Positions 31,541 to 47,902 of a stretch of 64,000 nucleotides of DNA are shown here, in pieces. The DNA is taken from assembly GCF_009914755.1 (NCBI RefSeq), contig NC_060946.1. The stretch is one strand, 5' to 3'. The notes under the pieces were generated by a model. That model was not told the origin of the DNA. It saw only the letters and a list, made by a program, of their open reading frames with translations, and ran no database searches. A program made the translations under genes and the position numbers. The DNA comes from the human T2T-CHM13v2.0 reference genome, Homo sapiens. The number at the start of each line of letters is the position of its first letter. Position 1 is the first letter of the stretch.

Positions 31541-32196
31541 TACTAAATAAAGGTCAAAGGGGCTCTTCCCAGACAGAGAGACAGGAAGAAGTCTAAAAGG
31601 ATGTAAGAGGACGTCACAGGACTACTGCCTATCTGGCTCTCAGTGTGGGAACATCCACTCCACAAAAGCAGAGAGCATTTGCTTCCTGGTACAACTTCCT
31701 TCCTGCATTCGGCCACAGGTTCTTTTCGGGCACTAGGAAGATTGTCAGTTGGCTCGTTCATTCATTTATTGAACTAATATGTATAGGTGATACTTACAGG
31801 TGATAAAACAACATGAACAGATAAGGTCAATATTTATAGGCAATAAAACAACAACATGGACAGATGAGGTCCCTGCCCTCATAGAACATATGCTCTAGCA
31901 GGGAAAACATAATAAATAAGGTGTACGTATTATAATTTCAGGGAGTACATTATGTGAAGAAAAATATAGTGGAACAAGAGAACAGAGAGTGACAGGGGTG
32001 GTGATAATTTTAGATAGGGTACACAGAGAAGGCCCTTTTGAAGAGACCGATGACTCTTGGACAGAAACCTAAATAATATGACAAACCATAAAAATGATCT
32101 GGAGAGTATTCCAGACATAAGAAATTGCAAGTGCAAAGGCACTGAGAAAAGGCTTGCCTTGAAAAGAAAACTAAAATAGAAGAAATGAGGACTCTG

Positions 32197-32492
<296 letters not shown>

Positions 32493-33263
32493 GAAATGAG
32501 GACTCTAATGTGTTTAGCTCTTACATTGTGTTGTCACTGGGTAGAAGTACTACTACGGTGACTCATTTCATCTCAATGGCTATTTGAGATATGTACTATC
32601 TCATAGATGAAGAAGCTGCACAAGTGGTAACAGGTAGAGCCAGAGTTCAAACACAGGTTGGCCTGATATCAAAGCTTGTGCTTTTTCTACTATATCACAT
32701 TTATGCCACAGTCATAATAAAAATATTAATAACTATAAATAAATATTATTCCCCACATCCTCAAAAATCTGAAGCTCACCACTTCATTTTGGGTAGCTGC
32801 TCATCTCCCCCCTTGAGGTGACCTCCTATTCTAATGGTGGCAAACAGATCTCAAAGTGCCAATTACTTCAATGTCATCAGTCTCTTTCCTGAGGATCTAT
32901 AAAGCAATGTGCAACCAACTCCATCATGTAAGATCTGGGCATAGCATGCACTTGCACCAGATGCCTGAACAGGGTGGAGATAAACTAGGAATGTGCTTCC
33001 TTTAGCACTTTTAGGTAGGGCCATCTGAACACTCCCTTCCAAAGTTAAAGGCACCAAGAACAGCATTTTCCTTATTGCATTAGTTCTGCCCATTCACTGA
33101 GAAAATATGGGCAGCCTTGAATCTCATTTGCTAATCCCTGCTGGTATCACTGATGCTGACATTCTGCACCCAACTTTGTTGTACAGATTCAAAACTTGGA
33201 ATAGGGTAGTCATTCTAGAGCAAACCAAAAGTGACAAAAAATTGTTTTCCTTAAAATTAAATT

Positions 33264-34439
<1,176 letters not shown>

Positions 34440-35207
34440 CTTTTCTATGGGAAGCAGTAGGGAATAGAAAGGTGATTAAAAATTAGACCATATGGGTTGG
34501 GTTATAGATAGATAGATAATTAGATAGACAAACAATCTGAAGCTTATTCAAATGTTTATGTATCAAGTTTTCTATGGATAAAGAAAAAAAAAACAGTAAA
34601 TTCTCACTCTTCAGTCCTAAATGATGTAAAATTTTAGCTATTTGACTCAAAAAGATAAAAATTTAAAAATAAAATTTGATAAAGTCTGCAGCAAAATTTG
34701 TCTTCTCTGTGGAAGAAAGAAATCCATAAAATTAAACTTCATGTAGTGTCTGAGCGTAAAAGCTACAAATCAGCTAAACTTGTTGGAATGGGTTAAAATT
34801 CTCAAGATCAAACACATAAAGGAGAAGCCAGATCATTATAATACATTAGGAGCCCATTTAACTACTGTAGGATTTTCCCACTCCACATCCCCCAGGTTTA
34901 GTAAAGACTTTTCAAAAGCAAAGGTAGGTGTAACTGTAGAAGAGTTCATGTTATAAGTACCGCAACTTTGTATTTCCTGAAGTCTGTGTGGTTGAATTTG
35001 CAAATGGAACATTTCACTACTGCAGGTTTTGCACAAAATTTTACGAAACAAACCTGCATTAAGTTAAAGCAGAACTTAAATAAATGCCTTTTCTGGATAC
35101 TTCAGAAACAATTTCCATATATTTCCTATTACAGAATTCTTTTAATTTAGATACTCCTTCAACATACATGAGTAGAAGGGAAATTCCAGCTCAAAATCTA
35201 AAAGTAG

Positions 35208-35523
<316 letters not shown>

Positions 35524-37122
35524 TCAAATAATTCCTCCATACCACATACCTCAATTTTCTAGCATAATTCTGAGTGATGCAGAGTGCCACACCTATCAGC
35601 AGAATGCTTATTTTAAAAATGTCCCTGATACTACCATGTACTTTTCCTCCTCCTGATTTTCAAATCATCCCAGTATTAACATCCATCCCTAAGGAATCTC
35701 ACTAGTAGTTTCAGAAAAATGAATTTGATTTGTTTTACACACTGTGGGACAGACAACAAACAAGACCCCTTTTCCTCTGCCTCTTCGATGCTTCTCCTGG
35801 GCATGAAAACAGCCTGAACTGTGGCAACAGCTGGGGATCATTAAACTGACAGAAATAGCTTAGGAGACTCCAATGGTGTGTGAAGGCGGGAGGAGAGCCT
35901 GAGTATCAGATTAAAAAAAATCAAAAGGGCAAAAGGAAAGGGGGGCAGGGCAGGGAAGCCTAAGGAGTGTATCACACCTAAATTTCCTTTACCACAGCCA
36001 AGAAGATGCAGTGAAGCAAATGACAGGATACATGAATGCGGCCTAAATTGCTTAGCCTCCTACCTATTCCTAGATGGAAGGTTTAGTCAAACCTAAAAAT
36101 GTGGGTCTCAATGAAGACATGGTGGGGAAGAGTAGGGAGGAGAACTGCGGAATCTCAAAGGCTAACTATGGGTCTGGAAGAATCACTTAGAGGAGGTTGC
36201 AATGACGGTAAAAATAAACTCTAAGATGGAGGAGGAGCAAGGGCTGTGAGAATACATCCCAAGCCCTAAGTGGACTCAGAGATTAACGTAGTCCTAAGGC
36301 ATCTCCCTCAACTGGGAAGGACCAAATGCTACATGAAATGCATGTTCTTGTTCTTGCTAGAGCACAGCCATGCCTCCCCAGTGGTAGCTTTTCAACCTGG
36401 CAGGCCTTCGAAGGTCGGTGCAGGAATGAGCCATCTGCCTGGCCCACTGCCCGAGTGTGTTCAGCACATACCTGAATGCCCTAGAGTAGCTTTATTCAGA
36501 TCACCCCAAGGGAGTGGGCTTGCAGATCCCGACTTACGCCTTTAAATCTGGTTAGTCCCAGGATCCTGGTGTACCTTCTTCATCCCCACACTTGTTAGGC
36601 TGTCTATTCAATATTATCATCAAGGCTTCTCCCACCAAGGCGTTTTCTTTATAACTAATCTTATAGGACTGCAGTTTCAGATTGTTCCCCACCTGCAAGC
36701 CCGAACAGGAAATGATTCGATTACGGATATTAAGACTGCAACTTTCTTTGGCAAGAGTGTTTTGTAACTATGAGATTGCACCAAGCTCGGTTGAACATTT
36801 TATTCAATGAATCTAATTACTTACTAAAGAAAGTTCCAGGCTGGTGACTGGTCTCAACAAAAAGCTACCACTATACTACCTTCTTCTTGAATAGCTTGCT
36901 TCTTTTCTTTATTGTTTTTTTCTTCCTTCCACTCTAGGAGGAAAATTTGCTTCTTTTCTAACCACAAATCTGGCAGGAAAATATGCTCATGCATATTTCC
37001 ATACTAAGACATTTTTGTCTAAACAACTGTATTTGAATCTGGCTTTTTATAAGAAGTCCAAAAACCTTACAACGGTTGGCTCATTACGAACACTTTAAGT
37101 TCGTATTAAGAAGGGTACAGGG

Positions 37123-37408
37123 AGCCGGGTGCAGTGTGGCTCACGCCTCTAATCCTAGCACTTTGGGAGGCTGAGGCTGGTGGATCACTTGATCTCAGAC
37201 AGCCTGGGCAACACGGCAAAACCCCATCTCTACAAAAAAATTAGCTGGGCATGGTGGCACTTGCCTGTGGTCCCAGCTACTTGGGGGACTAAGGCGGGAG
37301 GATCACTTGAGCCTAGGGGGTCAAGGCTGCAGTGGGCCAAGGTTGCATCACTGCAATCCAGCCTGGGTGACAAAGCAAGACTGTCTCAAAAAACAAAAAC
37401 AAACAAAA
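37123..37408 (+). mobile_element. Alu (AluJ-like)
   Basis: Sense dimer; agaagggta on both flanks. Confidence 0.87.
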
Positions 37409-38264
37409 GAGAAGGGTAGCAGGTGTACAAAAATAAATTCACTACACAAGAGACTAACAAAAGAGTGTAAACTTCATATATACTTGTGTGTGTTTGTGTG
37501 TGTATCACACAGTTCACTCTGAGGCTAAATAACATCTAAGGACAGGATATATGTTAACCACTATTGTGACTATAATCACCTCTCAGTGTATGCAGCCTTG
37601 GTGAGTACAGCCTTTACCACAGTATATCCCTTACCTAAAATTTTCAAATTAATGTCATAAATATTTATAAGTAATCACTTATTTTGTGTATGCGTTGGTA
37701 CTAAGTATGACATAGGAACTGAGAAGGAAAACACCACTATACATTTATATAATACTTTACAAAGCTACTTTCATACGTATCTCATTTGACCCTATGAGCC
37801 AGAACTGGAGTCATTAGTCATTATACCCACTACTACACAATGAGAAGAACTAGTGTGCCAAGCTTAGAGCAACTTAGCCAAGTTCACCATTGGCAAGATC
37901 AAACCAAGAACTTTGGGTTCTTGACTACCAGACCACTACTGGGATATTAGCTGCCTACCACAAAAAGGCTTCTGCCCTCAAGGAATTAATCTCTGACACC
38001 TAATGCCTTGACTGGTGTTTCTCAGATGTACCAAGTTTCTTCTCAGAAAGAATCTCACTATCTCCTGGTCCAACATACACTGAATCTAATCAAGATATTT
38101 ATAGAAAAAGGTTATTTATTAATATCACTGACAATGAACAGATGTGAGTTCCTTCTGGAGGCCAGAATCGTTAATGAGACTGAATAAAACTGAATTAGGA
38201 CAGAGTGCTCAAAATGTATCTGTCACTTTGGGATAAATACCTCATTTTGCTTATGGATATGATA

Positions 38265-38280
38265 CTGCCCTCTAGTGCCA
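38265..38280 (-). promoter_or_regulatory. CTCF-like motif
   Basis: Minus strand TGGCACTAGAGGGCAG resembles the CTCF core CCAC(C/T)AG(A/G)GGGCA. Motif match only. Confidence 0.3.
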
Positions 38281-38768
38281 GGAAGCACAGTAACAATCAG
38301 CAATCTCAGTAGATTAACTCACCTAATGCATATGAACCACCTACCATGTATAAAAATGCTTTGCTAGACACCGTGGAGAAAAAAAGAAGAAAGAAAAACT
38401 TAAACCTATCACACACATACAACCATCAAAACCACATAAGCCCCTTGAGGAATCTATAAATATAATAGAGAATATGAGAAATGAAAAACAAATCACTACA
38501 ATCAGAGATAGCGTTACAAGTGCTTTAAGAGTTTGCAGATAATACATTACTAGAGTACAAAAGGGATTAGGTAAGCTTCACAGGGCAACAGCATATAAGC
38601 TATCTGAAGGCCTTCATAAACTAGAGATGAACAACATGAGCTAGGACTTGGAGGTAGGAAATCTACAAGGTTAAGGTCACAGCCAACACTCCCCAGTTTA
38701 GCTGGAGCATTACGTTTGTGAAAAAGAGTAACAGAAGGAAGGCTGACTAGGGTCAGACTGTGAAGGGT

Positions 38769-39340
<572 letters not shown>

Positions 39341-39765
39341 TATATCAATACCAATACTGATTGATGTTAGATCTTTCATAGATCTAACATCATTCATATT
39401 GTATCAGAGGTTGTATAAAATCATAAAACACCAACGTTTCATGATGGCTCAGTCCTGAAAAAAAATTCATGCAGATGTGATTGATGCCAAAGTCTATTAA
39501 TAAGGAAAATAAAGCTATAAAAAAAGAAAATATTAAGAATTTATAATAATAAAACACAAGACACAATCATTTTCACTGGGTATCTTTGAGTATTACAAAG
39601 AAGAATGATCTTTGTCCCTCGAACACCTGCTTCAGCCCAAAAGCAGGGACATCAGATATTCTTAATACTTTTACCATTTGAGGCAAAATCTGTTTCTCTT
39701 GTGCAGTTTACAAAATGACAGCAATTAAAAAAATAATGTGTATCTGTAGAAGACATAATTTCAAA

Positions 39766-40030
39766 TTTTTTTTTTTTTTTTATGGAGACGGAGTCTCGTT
39801 CTGTCGCCCAGGCTGGAGTGCAGTGTCGTGAACATGGTTCTAGCCTCCTGTGTAGCTGGGACCACAGGTGTACACCACCATGCCCAGCTAATTTTTTCAT
39901 TTTTTTTTTTCTAGAGACAGGGTCTCACTTTGAAGCCCAGCCTGGTCTCGAAATGCTGGGCTAAAGTGACCCTCCCAGACTCAGCCTCCCCAAGTGTTGG
40001 GATTACAGGCATGAGCCACTGCACCCAGCC
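39766..40030 (-). mobile_element. Alu with internal deletion
   Basis: Antisense; cataattt on both flanks. Confidence 0.85.
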
Positions 40031-40106
40031 CATAATTTGAGTCCTTTCAAGACTGAGTCAATATACAGAATTCTAAATGAAAGGTTCTAAGCACACTATA
40101 AAATCA

Positions 40107-40424
<318 letters not shown>

Positions 40425-40740
40425 TTAATTGCTTAGGGTAGTTATCTAACATTACCATTCTGATCCTACTTATCACAAGCCTGAATCTCTATTGCCTATA
40501 GGTTTTTTTTGCATGTAACACAGATATTTTTAATGATCAGATTGAAAATATGGAACATTACAATCTTTTGAATTACAAAGTCAAAGGTAGCAGCCCAAGT
40601 CCTAAGCCATACTATCCCCCGCCTCTCAAATAATCTTCCCTTTAATGTTGCCATGGTGTTTCTTTGACGTTAGTCCAGAACAGTTCTAGATATTCAAAGA
40701 AAAAGCAACTGCCTCTCAACCAATTCTTAAAACTATTCTC

Positions 40741-41056
<316 letters not shown>

Positions 41057-41482
41057 TATTCTCTCTGCAAACTGGGCACTGATAATCACTCCATCTCGTC
41101 TTCGATGTGTCCATTCATTGCTGACTCCACAGGCTCAAATCATCCTGTTAAAATTATTAAACTCCCAAAGAAATCTGGAAAACTCAAAAGAAATGTCTAA
41201 GTGTTTAGAAAAGTAGCATTTACATAATTATTATACATTGTATATAAATTCTGATAGTAGATAATTAGGGTTTCCAAGATAGGAGAAGAAAATATTGACA
41301 ATTCTCTTTTATTCATATTTGACAGGATTTGGATAAAGCTCCTATTGTCGTTTTTTTCATAACCTAGAACTCTTCTAAAAGAATTTTCCTCAAATTTAAA
41401 AGTGAACTTTTCTAAATAACTCAAATGTGTCCATTCTACTCCCAAAGGATTTTCTTTTCCTGCAGTATAAGACTATGAAAGA

Positions 41483-41781
41483 AGCCGAGCACGGTGGCTC
41501 ACACCTGTAATCCCAGCACTTTGGGAGGATGAGGCGGGAGGATCGCTTAAGGCTGGGGTTCAAGACCAGCATGGCCAAAATGGCAAAACCCCATCTCTAC
41601 AAAAAATATAAAAATTAGCCGGGTGCAGTGGTGCACGCCTGTAGTCCTAGCTACTCAGGAGGCTGAGGCTGGAGAATCACTTGGGCCCAGGAGGTGGAGG
41701 TTGCAGTGAGCCATGATTGAGCCACTGTACTCCAGCCTGGGCCACAGGAGTGAAAACCTGTCTTAAAAAAAAAACAAAACC
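41483..41781 (+). mobile_element. Alu (AluJ-like)
   Basis: TSD aagactatgaa. Confidence 0.9.
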
Positions 41782-42408
41782 AAGACTATGAAGGAAGGCT
41801 GTTCACATAGGCAAACTCTTTTAATATTGATAAGACCAGTCCAAATTGTTCACCCTAAGCAAAACTAAGACGCAATACAAGTAAAAAGCCTTCCAAGTGT
41901 TATTTTATTTTAAATTATGATGTCTTAGTGTTATAAACCTTAAAGGGTTATCTATCTACTTTCAAGTATTCAACAGACAGAAGAAACTGAAATGATCATC
42001 AATAGCTCCCATTTGTATAGTACCTAAGGCCAAAGTGCATTTTATGGATAAAACATTGAATCTGACCCACATAAAGAGTAATTCCGCCTTATTAAAGAAA
42101 AGTTTTTTCTTCCCTTATTCCACAATCTAGGCTTGGCTATATGAGCTCTGCACGGTGGGGAAAAAAGGAGTAAGAAAGTGAAACATCCTAATCACTGTTC
42201 CACCAGGTCATGAAATGCACCCTACAGTACTATGTTCAGTTATCTATTTGTTGGGTGCTCAACAAACTTTAATACAAATCCTGGGAGAATAAACCACCCA
42301 AAGTCAAAGCTTGGATGGCTACAGAGAAATAGGACTGGGATAAAAGACAGCAGTTAAGTTTGAAAGGAAACAAAAGCATGCAAATCCCAAAGGCACAAAT
42401 ACTCGAAC

Positions 42409-42541
42409 CTTCCCGCAAACTGTGATAATGGGTCAGGCACACTGCTGAGTAATAGCTGTCCTTTCTCGGCTTCAGGACAATCCACGAGAGTGGCAGAATC
42501 CTGCAGGTGGACTGATGAATCTTGGCCTTCTCCTCCAGCAT
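42409..42541 (-). CDS. MRTFA: Candidate alternative 5' coding exon of MRTFA (44 aa N-terminus; an in-frame upstream ATG at 42619 could add 26 aa)
   Basis: ORF MLEEKAKIHQSTCRILPLSWIVLKPRKDSYYSAVCLTHYHSLRE then G|GTTCGA, a phase-1 donor in frame with the 13679 acceptor (gives HSLRE-V-LQLKL). Positional similarity to the recalled MRTFB N-terminus. Repeat-free context. The donor is weak. Confidence 0.55.
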
Positions 42542-44282
42542 GCTGGAGGAGATTCGAGTCTCCACAGGCCAATGCTGCAATAAACCACTCTTCCTTCCCT
42601 CTCTCCTTAAAGAGGCCATTTATTATTTGCCGAAGATCTGATTAGCCCTGCTCTTTAAGTTAAAGTGGGCACTTCATTCTACAGTGCAAAGGGTTGCAAG
42701 AACAGTTAGATCCCAAGTTTACTTAGGGAGTGGGGCATTAAAAGCAGTGACAGCAGAAGGTCAGAATCAGTAACTCTACTGGCAAAACATTTCTTCCTGT
42801 CAGCACTGGGCCTAGACACAGACACCTCCCTCTTCTATCCAAATGCCAAAAAGCAGAACTGAGATGATTTCAATGTGTAGAGCTGGAAGAGGAGAGGGTT
42901 CCCTTAGAGAAAATGCTCATAGCAACCAACCAACCTCATTCACCCAAAATAGTAAACAGTTGGTTTCTCTGCTCAGAACCAAAAGGCTTCTGCCAGACAA
43001 GCAGTATCACATGACTAGGTTCCCTCTTCTCTCTCTTGCCCTCCCTCCCTTCTTGTACAAAGCCTGCACCCAAAATGGAACAAGGAGCTATAACACAACA
43101 TTATTTTACTGGACACATTCATCTTTAAAATGTTTGAAGATAAAAGGTACCAAAAAGCAGAGGGGGGAGGTACCAAAGGAAAAACTCAGGAAGAATTTAC
43201 TTTGAAAAAAGTCCTATCACAGTACTGATGTGGGAACCATAAACGTAATGGTTAACTGGCAAGTGTACTCAATGAATGAAAAAACAAATGGACACTTCTC
43301 ACCAATTTGTAAACACTTTGCTGACAAAATATTTAAAAGAAGATACAGTTCAATACATATTTGACCTTTCCTTTAGAAAGACAATATAGGCTCTTAAGAT
43401 GCTGGCTAGAGTCAGAGATAATATATTGGCACAATAGTGACAACCCACCAAAATTTGGGATTCAAACCCTTATCTTGTTGACCTCAGCTTACCTCACCAT
43501 TTGATTTTACTCCTTGTATGTCACAGTCCCATCATTCACATCATTAGGAAGGAAATCAGGACAGCTACACTAACAGGCAACTGAAAAATCTACCCAGCTG
43601 ATTATGAAAACAAAGGCCACCATGACACTGGCATTTCCACCTAAACAGAAGGGGGAAGATATTAAGGCTGACAGCACAGCTGGAACCAGATGTGCCACCA
43701 TATTCTTCTCCCTACAAGGTTCCTCACACTTGAAAGCTAAGCGAGGCATGCAGTATAGAGACACAAAAATGAAAACCTCTATGCTGATCAATCTGTTCCA
43801 CTAGGAAACTAGATAAAGTATAAGAATCAAAAGTGTCACAATCATCTGCCATGACCTCTACTCACAGGGCCAACAGGGGCACTTTGAGAGTAAAATCACT
43901 GATGCTCGTCCATCCCTTGCACTGTAAACTGCTCAATAAATATTTATAAAGTGGAAAGAAAAGGAAAAGGAAAATGAAAGAGGAAAAATTTACATGAGAA
44001 ATCCTTAATTTAAGCAACAATTTTTCCAGCAAGAGCATGTGGAGATTGTTACTTGGCTACTGTCAGAATACAAATACCAGCAATAAATGATTTGTCATCA
44101 AGGATGAGGAGCAACTGGAACTCCCAGACATTACTGAGGAGGATGGAAAACGATAATGCTATGTAGAAAAACAGTTTGGGAGTTTCTTATAAATTTACAC
44201 TTACCATAAAACCCAGTAATCCTATTCCTGAGTATTTATCTAAGAGAAGTGAAAACATACATCCACATAAAGAACTGTACAT

Positions 44283-44727
44283 TGTCTTTGGATAATAGTG
44301 TTTAGGTCTCAGTTCTGTGCCTGATGTAAATTGTCTACCTTGTTTCACCTAAGAAGCGTGTCTTTGGAAATGTGAATTTAGAGTTGCCTAGCTAACAACT
44401 CTTCAGGGGAATGAAGCAGGTAATTGAAATTGATAGTCTAAAGTGGGAGAGAGAAACTATTTGAAAACTGGTAAATGAAAGATCTTAGATTTCTGTGTGT
44501 CTCTATGCCTATATGGTTTATATGTGTCACGTGTATGTGGTATTTCACTACCAAATTATATTAAAGAGCTCTTATCTATTGGCTTAGAGAAAAGTGCTTT
44601 TCTATTGTCTCTGAAATAAAAATAAACTCAAATGCCTTTTAGTTCATCTGACTTTAGTAATAAAGGGAGATATTATTATTTTATATTAATTGTAATTAAC
44701 ATGTCATTAAAACTACTAGGTTAAAAA
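44283..44727 (+). mobile_element. LTR-less ERV1 (MER4-group) internal fragment inserted in an old L1
   Basis: Motifs such as tatttcactaccaaattatattaaagagctc...aatgccttttagttcatctgactttagtaat resemble MER4-group internal sequence. ATTAAA 44706 then a short A-tail. Degenerate TSD 44269-44282 / 44728-44741. Confidence 0.6.
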
Positions 44728-44818
44728 AAAGAGCTATATGTGAATATTCGTAGCAGCTTTATTTGTGATTGCCAAAAAGTGTTCTTCAACTTGTGAATGG
44801 AATAAAAAATTATATACA

Positions 44819-45117
44819 GGCCAGATGCGGTGGCTCATGCCTGTAATCCCAACAGTTTGGGAGGCCAAGGTAGGAGGATCACTTGAACCCAAGGAGTTCA
44901 AGACCAACCAGGGCAATATAGTGAGACCTCTTCTCTACAAAAACCTTAAAAAATTAGCCAGGTATACTGGTGTGCACCTGTAATCCCAGCTACTCAGGAG
45001 GCTAAGGTAGGAGCATCACTCGAGCCCAGGGGGCGAAGGCTGCAGTGAGCCGAGATCATGCCACTGCACTCCAGCCTGGGTAACAGAGCCAGACTCTGTC
45101 TAAAAAAAAAAAAAAAA
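44819..45117 (+). mobile_element. Alu (AluJ-like) inside L1
   Basis: Sense dimer; aaaaaattat on both flanks. Confidence 0.88.
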
Positions 45118-45511
45118 TTATGGTACACCCCTTTAACAGAATACTACTTCAGCAATTTTTAAAAACCCAATAAACTATTGTTACAGGAAACAACACTGAT
45201 GAACCTCAAAAGCACTATTATGCTAAAAGAAGCCAGAAGGCTTCAAGGCAAAACAACAGGCAGAAATCAGATCAGTGATTGCCAAGGGCTGGGAAACAGG
45301 GAAGGAGACTCTACAAAGAGGCATAATGGAATTTTGGGAGGTGATGGAAATAATCTATATGTCTTGATAAAAGGTGGTGGTTTACCTTTTAGCAAAACTC
45401 ACTGAACTGTACCCCTAAAAAAGTGACTATTACTGCATATAAACTGATCTCAACTTTTTTTTTTTTAAAAAAGCAGATTACAAGATATTATGCATAGTTA
45501 AGAGTACAGGC

Positions 45512-46528
<1,017 letters not shown>

Positions 46529-46659
46529 AGGCTCTACAGCTAGATTGCTTGGGTTCAAATTTTGGCTCTACCACTTAGCAGCTGCTGTGACCTTGAGATA
46601 TTTAACATCTCTATGCCTCCATTTCCTCATCTGTCAAATGAAAGTAACAGTTTCACCTC

Positions 46660-47298
46660 AGATCCATAATAAATGCATTTTAAGTAAAGGACTTAAAACA
46701 GTGCCCATTCTATAAGCACTCAGTAAATTTGAGCTGTTGTCCTCACACAATTATGTAACACATACATATACATGTTTCTATATATGCACAGGAGAGAGTA
46801 GAAGCACAGTCACCAATCTGGGTGGTTGGAATAGAACAATCTATTTTCTCTTTCTCCCTTTTGTTTATCTGTATCTTCTACATTTTCTACATTAAATAAC
46901 TACTGTCTTTATAATAAGCCAAAAATCTTTTTCTCAAGAAAGGGCACCAGGCTGAGTCAGGAGTCCTGGTTTCCAGCAAGATCCATAATAAATGCATTTT
47001 AAGTAAAGGACTTAAAACAGTGCCCATTCTATAAGCACTCAGTAAATTTGAGCTGTTGTCCTCACACAATTATGTAACACATACATATACATGTTTCTAT
47101 ATATGCACAGGAGAGAGTAGAAGCACAGTCACCAATCTGGGTGGTTGGAATAGAACAATCTATTTTCTCTTTCTCCCTTTTGTTTATCTGTATCTTCTAC
47201 ATTTTCTACATCAAATAACTACTGTCTTTATAATAAGCCAAAAATCTTTTTCTCAAGAAAGGGCACCAGGCTGAGTCAGGAGTCCTGGTTTCCAGCAA
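46660..47298. repeat. 319-bp tandem duplication, two near-identical copies
   Basis: Copy 1 46660-46978, copy 2 46979-47297. One visible mismatch (T46893 vs C47212). Confidence 0.95.
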
Positions 47299-47902
47299 TA
47301 TTACTAATCTCTACAAAGGAGTGGCTGGAGTAGACAAGGTGTCCTCTATCTCTAAAATGGAATGGTTCTCTAAGATTTATGGTGGGATTTGGCAAAGCTA
47401 CACCCTTTGTTTTGTTTCATTTTTCTGTCAATACTTACTGTCTGCCTATCAAGTACCAGGTGTTGTGGACACAGAAAGGTGAAACACCTGCCCAAATGGA
47501 GTTGACACTACAGGCTGTTCAAGAAACGGAGACAGCCTTGTAACTATTTATACAATCCCTCAGCATGGTAAGTGCTCTGATGAGGACAAAGAAGAGGGGA
47601 CCTTGCTGGGGCTGGAGAGTTAGAGAAGGCCTCCAGGAGGAGAGAAGGCACCTGCACTGAAATCTAAAATCATTTTTGTTTAAGTCAAACCAAAAAGATG
47701 GGAAGGGCATTCCAACCAAAGGCAGAGGAACGCACAAAAGCAAAAGTTATGAAAATAACAATTACTTGAGGAATGGAGAATAGAGAGAAAGAGAAATAGA
47801 GAAAGGTCATTTGGACAGCAGTGTGGAAACAAGGAGGGACAAAGACAGCAGCAGAGAGGCTGGTGAGGAAGAGGAAAATAATCTTCAGAAATCATATGGG
47901 TC

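Larger units (their letters stand above)
44090..45445 (+). mobile_element. Old L1M 3' region, interrupted by an ERV fragment and an Alu
   Basis: aaggatgaggagcaactggaactc..gaaaaacagtttgg..agtttcttata; gaatattcgtagcagctttattt; agatcagtgattgcca; gggaggtgatggaaat. Confidence 0.75.

Noticed and set aside
42354-42572. Overlapping ORF MACGDSNLLQ... as the alternative exon frame
   Set aside because: Starts at a non-ATG codon, would be phase 2 at the available donors (out of frame with the RPEL1 exon), and shows no MRTFB similarity.
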